A DNA stretch of 44,921 nt. Source: Acidobacteria bacterium AH-259-G07. Its GTDB lineage: Bacteria > Acidobacteriota > UBA6911 > RPQK01 > JADFOI01. The DNA lies in NCBI GenBank assembly GCA_027717925.1, contig JALLON010000001.1, positions 1 to 44,921 of the forward strand, read 5' to 3'. A program made the position numbers and the translations under genes. Each line of letters begins with the position of its first letter. Positions within the stretch are counted from its first letter, which is position 1. A model generated the notes under the pieces. It saw only the letters and a list, made by a program, of their open reading frames with translations, was not told the origin of the DNA and did no database searches. Below, piece after piece: positions 44,091 through 44,921 of this stretch.

Positions 44091-44145
44091 ACCTGTGAGC
44101 ACACAGAATGCTAAAAGGCATGCAAAGTCAGAGTTCAGGGGAAAT

Positions 44146-44921
44146 CATGCAAAGAACAAAGCCGTGGAGTTTCAAAGTTGTCGTGGCATTAATGTTCGAG
44201 ATGTTCGCACTCGGGGCGTGTTCCACCTTGGACGAGTCCTTGAAAGCGCCGACGGGCGGGCCGACAATTGCCCTCGCTTCTCCCGTGATTGTCACGACTG
44301 GCCCACCGAACGTGATGCGCTGGGGTTTCTACCAGTTTCCGGATATGTGGCGAGCGCCCGGAGGAAAGTTGTACCTGTCAATGAACGTTGGTGAAGATAA
44401 TTCGATTGTTGGAGAACATCGTCCGACGCAGTTCTTTGTCTCAAGCGATCAGGGTCAGTCCTGGCAGCCGATCCGGCACGATCAGGTGGACTTTTCGCCA
44501 GATATCTATACATTGCCAAACGGGCAGCAAGTGGCGTTCGGCAAGGGGAAGTTCGTTTATCATTTCTCGTCACTCAGTCCGAGCGCTCGCGAAGAGTATT
44601 CGCTGGAGGATTTGGGACTGAAGCCGGTCATGACATTTATGGACGGGTGGGAGTATTCGGTGTACGCATATTACCGTTACGCCGACCTGCCCGAGGAGCT
44701 TCGGCGAATTCCAATGTTACGACGAGCAGGCCCAGACGCTCCCTGGAGACGAGAATATGCCACCATAGAACCTTCGGACTTGCTGTTTTCGGCGGGCATT
44801 CGGTCTTTGGATGACAGCTGGGAGTGGCACAATGTGCCACCGAAGGTGAGTAACCCTGTCTTCTCGCCCCAGCGGGTCGTTGTACTGCCGGATGAAACAT
44901 TGCTGTGGGTTCACTCCACAC
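44146..44921 (+). CDS. BNR/Asp-box repeat (sialidase-like beta-propeller) lipoprotein, 3'-partial; NOT in the supplied ORF track
   Basis: My own translation from the ATG at 44146 (RBS AGGGGA, 5 nt upstream) is open for 258 codons to the window end: MQRTKPWSFKVVVALMFEMFALGACSTLDES...FFVSSDQGQSWQPIRHDQ... It has a lipobox-like ALGAC and an Asp-box SSDQGQSW (44440-44463). It is missing from the track only because no stop codon lies inside the window. Confidence 0.6.

Noticed and set aside
1-44921. Screen for CRISPR arrays, tRNA/rRNA genes, transposases, integrases, phage genes and defence-system hallmarks (nucleases, ATPases, methyltransferases, toxin-antitoxin pairs).
   Set aside because: None was seen on either strand. 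No spaced identical repeats occur, no cloverleaf-like sequence appears in the intergenic regions, and no product has DDE, tyrosine-recombinase, Walker-A or nuclease motifs. The rearrangement scars are not accompanied by any recognisable mobile-element gene.

Overview
This window reads as a chromosomal glycan / uronate-utilisation island from a Gram-negative bacterium. I saw no rRNA, tRNA, CRISPR array, transposase or integrase.

**Likely origin.** The source is probably Acidobacteriota-like. The evidence is a ~1,080-aa TonB-dependent receptor with an N-terminal carboxypeptidase-regulatory-like domain, a CRTAC1/ASPIC + TPR gene pair, and very many exported enzymes.

**Gene content (about 30 protein genes).**
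- Four paralogues of an atypical PL10 (PelA/Pel-15E)-like lyase. One is distal and three are in tandem; the first tandem copy is fused to a KdgF-like cupin.
- One heparinase II/III-like lyase, plus a 3' relic and a 5' relic of paralogous copies.
- Two secreted bicupins flanking a membrane-anchored SAF-domain alpha/beta hydrolase.
- An exported homologue of the DMFase large subunit.
- A Tat-signal C45/Ntn hydrolase.
- A sulfatase-superfamily / TPR fusion that lacks the CxPxR motif.
- A BNR/Asp-box lipoprotein at 44146 that is absent from the ORF track because it runs off the 3' end.
- An acid-sugar module: LacI regulator, aldehyde dehydrogenase, RidA, ExuT-like MFS transporter, HpcH/HpaI aldolase and a C-C-hydrolase-like alpha/beta hydrolase.
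- An SSF symporter, a GcvR-like ACT protein and an orphan ProX.

**Most interesting points.**
1. The lyase-cupin fusion.
2. Export signals on enzyme families that are normally cytoplasmic: two HpcH aldolases, the DMFase-like protein and the cupins. This suggests an extracytoplasmic uronate-processing route tied to a SusD-less TonB-dependent receptor.
3. The bicupin / SAF-esterase / bicupin module.
4. Three gene relics that mark past rearrangements. The two heparinase relics are oriented as expected for a ~30-kb inversion.
5. An AT-rich 679-bp control region with an array of TTGACAAT boxes upstream of the receptor gene.

**Limits.** All functional calls come from motif recognition by eye. No database search or computation was possible.
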